From the NCBI RefSeq assembly GCF_004010195.1, contig NC_057752.1, forward strand, positions 4,291,626-4,355,625: DNA of 64,000 bases, written 5' to 3'. Within the stretch, counting starts at the first letter, position 1. Each line of letters opens with the position of its first letter. The notes under the pieces are model-generated. The model searched no databases, was not told where the DNA came from, and worked only from the letters and a program-made list of their open reading frames with translations. Shown one piece after another: positions 61,708 to 64,000 of the stretch. This stretch comes from Chiloscyllium plagiosum (Eukaryota). The translations under genes and the position numbers were made by a program.

Positions 61708-63589
61708 TTGCTCACTGATGCTCAATGAATCACTCTTTACAGAACGCCTCCAATTCACCTTCTGCTCCACCCTTGGTGCTGATGTTCAGGAAGGTCTGAG
61801 TGAGTAAGACAGGTTGGTCCGGCCTAGTTATCCATGTGGCTTAAGGGTCTGAGCTGGAGCCTGCAGTGGGTGGCAGCAATGAGTGTGCAAATGGGGGCAA
61901 TGAATAAAAGGCAGCATATACAATGGAAATAGCAAGGAATTTCATCGAAATGTGAGAATCACAGGCCACACAATGTAGAAGCAGAAATTTGTGTGTGCCA
62001 ATCGAAACGTCAGTTGTTAGTGTCTTATGGATACAAGAGTGCCCTGTTGTGATTGGAGATGAGGGTTGTGCAGAGGTGGAGGGAAGATTTGACGTATTAT
62101 GGGGAAATGTCATTCACATGTTGTGTGATGAGGAGTCTTACCTCGGCAGCCCTAATAAAGTCATGAAATATTGAAGCCAGCACTGTGGCCTGGTTCTGGG
62201 AATGATGTTGGTGGCATCAACTTGCGTAGCCACCTCTCTCCCTGGGTTGCTGTTTTACTTGGTGTAAAGGGAACAGGGCATCCTTCCTAGCGCTGACCTT
62301 ATCAATAAGTAACTCCAACGCAGGGTCCTAAGTTTGAGATTAGGTCTGCTGCTTCACAGGTTCCTCTTTAAGAAACCACTAGCCCACCAGATTCTAAACC
62401 AGCGAGCTGCCTCATGTTTTATCTCACCAGGGCCGAATGCTCACCACTTATACTTCAACACAGTCCAAATCCATTCGGGCCTCTCACTGGCACCTGAAGG
62501 ACATACAATGATCACAAATGTCACTGTATGCCAGTGAAATGAAAAGCAGGTTGCTATACTGAGATTACAGTGGGATGCAAAATTTATTGTCACTTCAGCA
62601 GCAGGATAGATCGACAATTTTATTGTGGGGAAGAAACTGAGGTGTGTAAACACGTTTCTTTCGTGGTGTTGGCTTTAGATTCTTCTCAGGGCGAGGACGT
62701 AAATCGAAATATATTATAAATGCACTCCCCATAATAAAGTGAATGGGGAATTCAGGACAAAATGCCTTTTTTCAGATGACAATCTGGAAGTCACTGCTGC
62801 AGCAAGTAGATAAGGTGAATCGTTTAGATGCATTTAAAGAGAAACTGGAGGGAGAAAGATACAAAAGGATATGTTGACAGGGTGAGATGTCGTAAACAGA
62901 ATGGGAGGAGACTCATGCAAAGCACAAGTGTTGGCATGGACCAGTTGGGACCAATAGCCTGTTTCCACGCTGTAAACTCTGTGGTTTGGTATGAATACAG
63001 ACTCAGCTCATGTGGCATCAAACCGGGAACCGTGCTAGGATCTGGTCTGAATACCTCAGTGCCTTACTCGGTCGCACACTAAAGCAAGTTGCACAGGATC
63101 TCTTGTAAAGAAGCATTTGTTCAACAGGCTGGAAACGAGACTCAAGCAAAACGAGTGACAGAGTGCTGGCTGCTTCCAAAGTGTAATATGTTGGTGAAAG
63201 GGTAAAAGATGAGTTTACATTGATGATGCATTATTTAATCACTGTGTGAAACTAGTCTATGGTCCATGTGTTACAGGTAGGATAACAACCACTTAGTGTA
63301 GAATTACAAAGCTGAAACACATTCAAGTGACTTGAATGGCATTGTGACAGCCCAGTTCATTTCCAAATTCTGGCGTGAGCTTTCGATCATTGCCTTCTTA
63401 TTTATTTATGCACCTTTTATAAGTTCTGCTATTTTCTTCCTCACTCTCCTTCTGCCATATGCCATTCCCGGGTGAAATTGATGATCTTTTTGTTTCATTC
63501 ACTCGTGTATATGTAACCACAATCTTTCTTGTCCTCAATCAAAAATTCAAAATGGCTGTAGGCTGGGAAGGGAAGGCAGTTGTGGGTCA

Positions 63590-63915
63590 ATTGGTCAGAA
63601 GGTCATGGGTTTAAATAGCCTTCCATAGACTTGGCAGCAGCATCCAGGCTCAGGCATCAGTGCGGTCCTGAGGGTGTGCTACACAGTTAGGGATGTGAAC
63701 TTTCGGATGAGATGTTAAACTGAAGCCTCATTTGGCAATCTCGAGTAAAAGATCTCCTAGTGTCATTTCAAAGAAAACCAGAAGAGTTCTCTTTGGTGTT
63801 TTGGCCAATATTTATCCCTCAGTCAAAATCAATAACGCAGATTATTGGCCATTAACACATTGCTCTTTGTGGGAGTTTGCTGTGCTCAAGTTCGCCAGGG
63901 TTCAGGCAACCTTTC
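63590..63915 (+). mobile_element. Deu-domain SINE relic
   Basis: tttcggatgagatgttaaactga...taaaagatc...gagttctc...ggccaatatttatccctca...tgtgggagtttgctgtg. Confidence 0.7.
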
Positions 63916-64000
63916 TCCACCACACAGCAAGGAAGGCCCCGAGGGAACTCACCCCATTGTTCGGAGCAAGGATTCAAATCTTTACCAGCTGATCTGTTTT

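Noticed and set aside
62776..62814. Possible short plus-strand exon (ttcag|ATGACAATC...GATAAG|gtgaat)
   Set aside because: Isolated, no recognisable protein similarity and no partner exons; cannot be supported without transcripts.

Overview
Eukaryotic vertebrate genomic DNA from a cartilaginous fish (shark), judged from abundant HE1-type V-SINEs and HER1/CR1 LINE tails. The window holds two complete intron-containing host genes arranged head-to-head, with start codons about 405 bp apart: a divergent keratin 8-like type II keratin (minus strand, 9 coding exons, 42315->22539, 445 aa) and a keratin 18-like type I keratin (plus strand, 8 coding exons, 42721->45417, 413 aa). They share a compact, mirror-symmetric promoter (TATA<-CCAAT<-palindromic RFX-like X-box->CCAAT->TATA). 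Most of the remaining sequence is transposable elements: a Gypsy 5' LTR plus gag/protease relic whose TATA box has received a stack of Tx1-like 3' fragments at one repeated target motif, a decayed near-full-length L1 with nested CR1 and Penelope insertions, many CR1/HER1 and HE1 copies, Deu-domain SINEs, L2 relics, a solo LTR, and Penelope termini carrying minimal hammerhead-ribozyme motifs. There are two assembly gaps (3015-3931, 50741-51441). Gene models were derived by hand from splice sites and frame. Repeat family names come from motif recognition, not database searches, and repeat boundaries are approximate.
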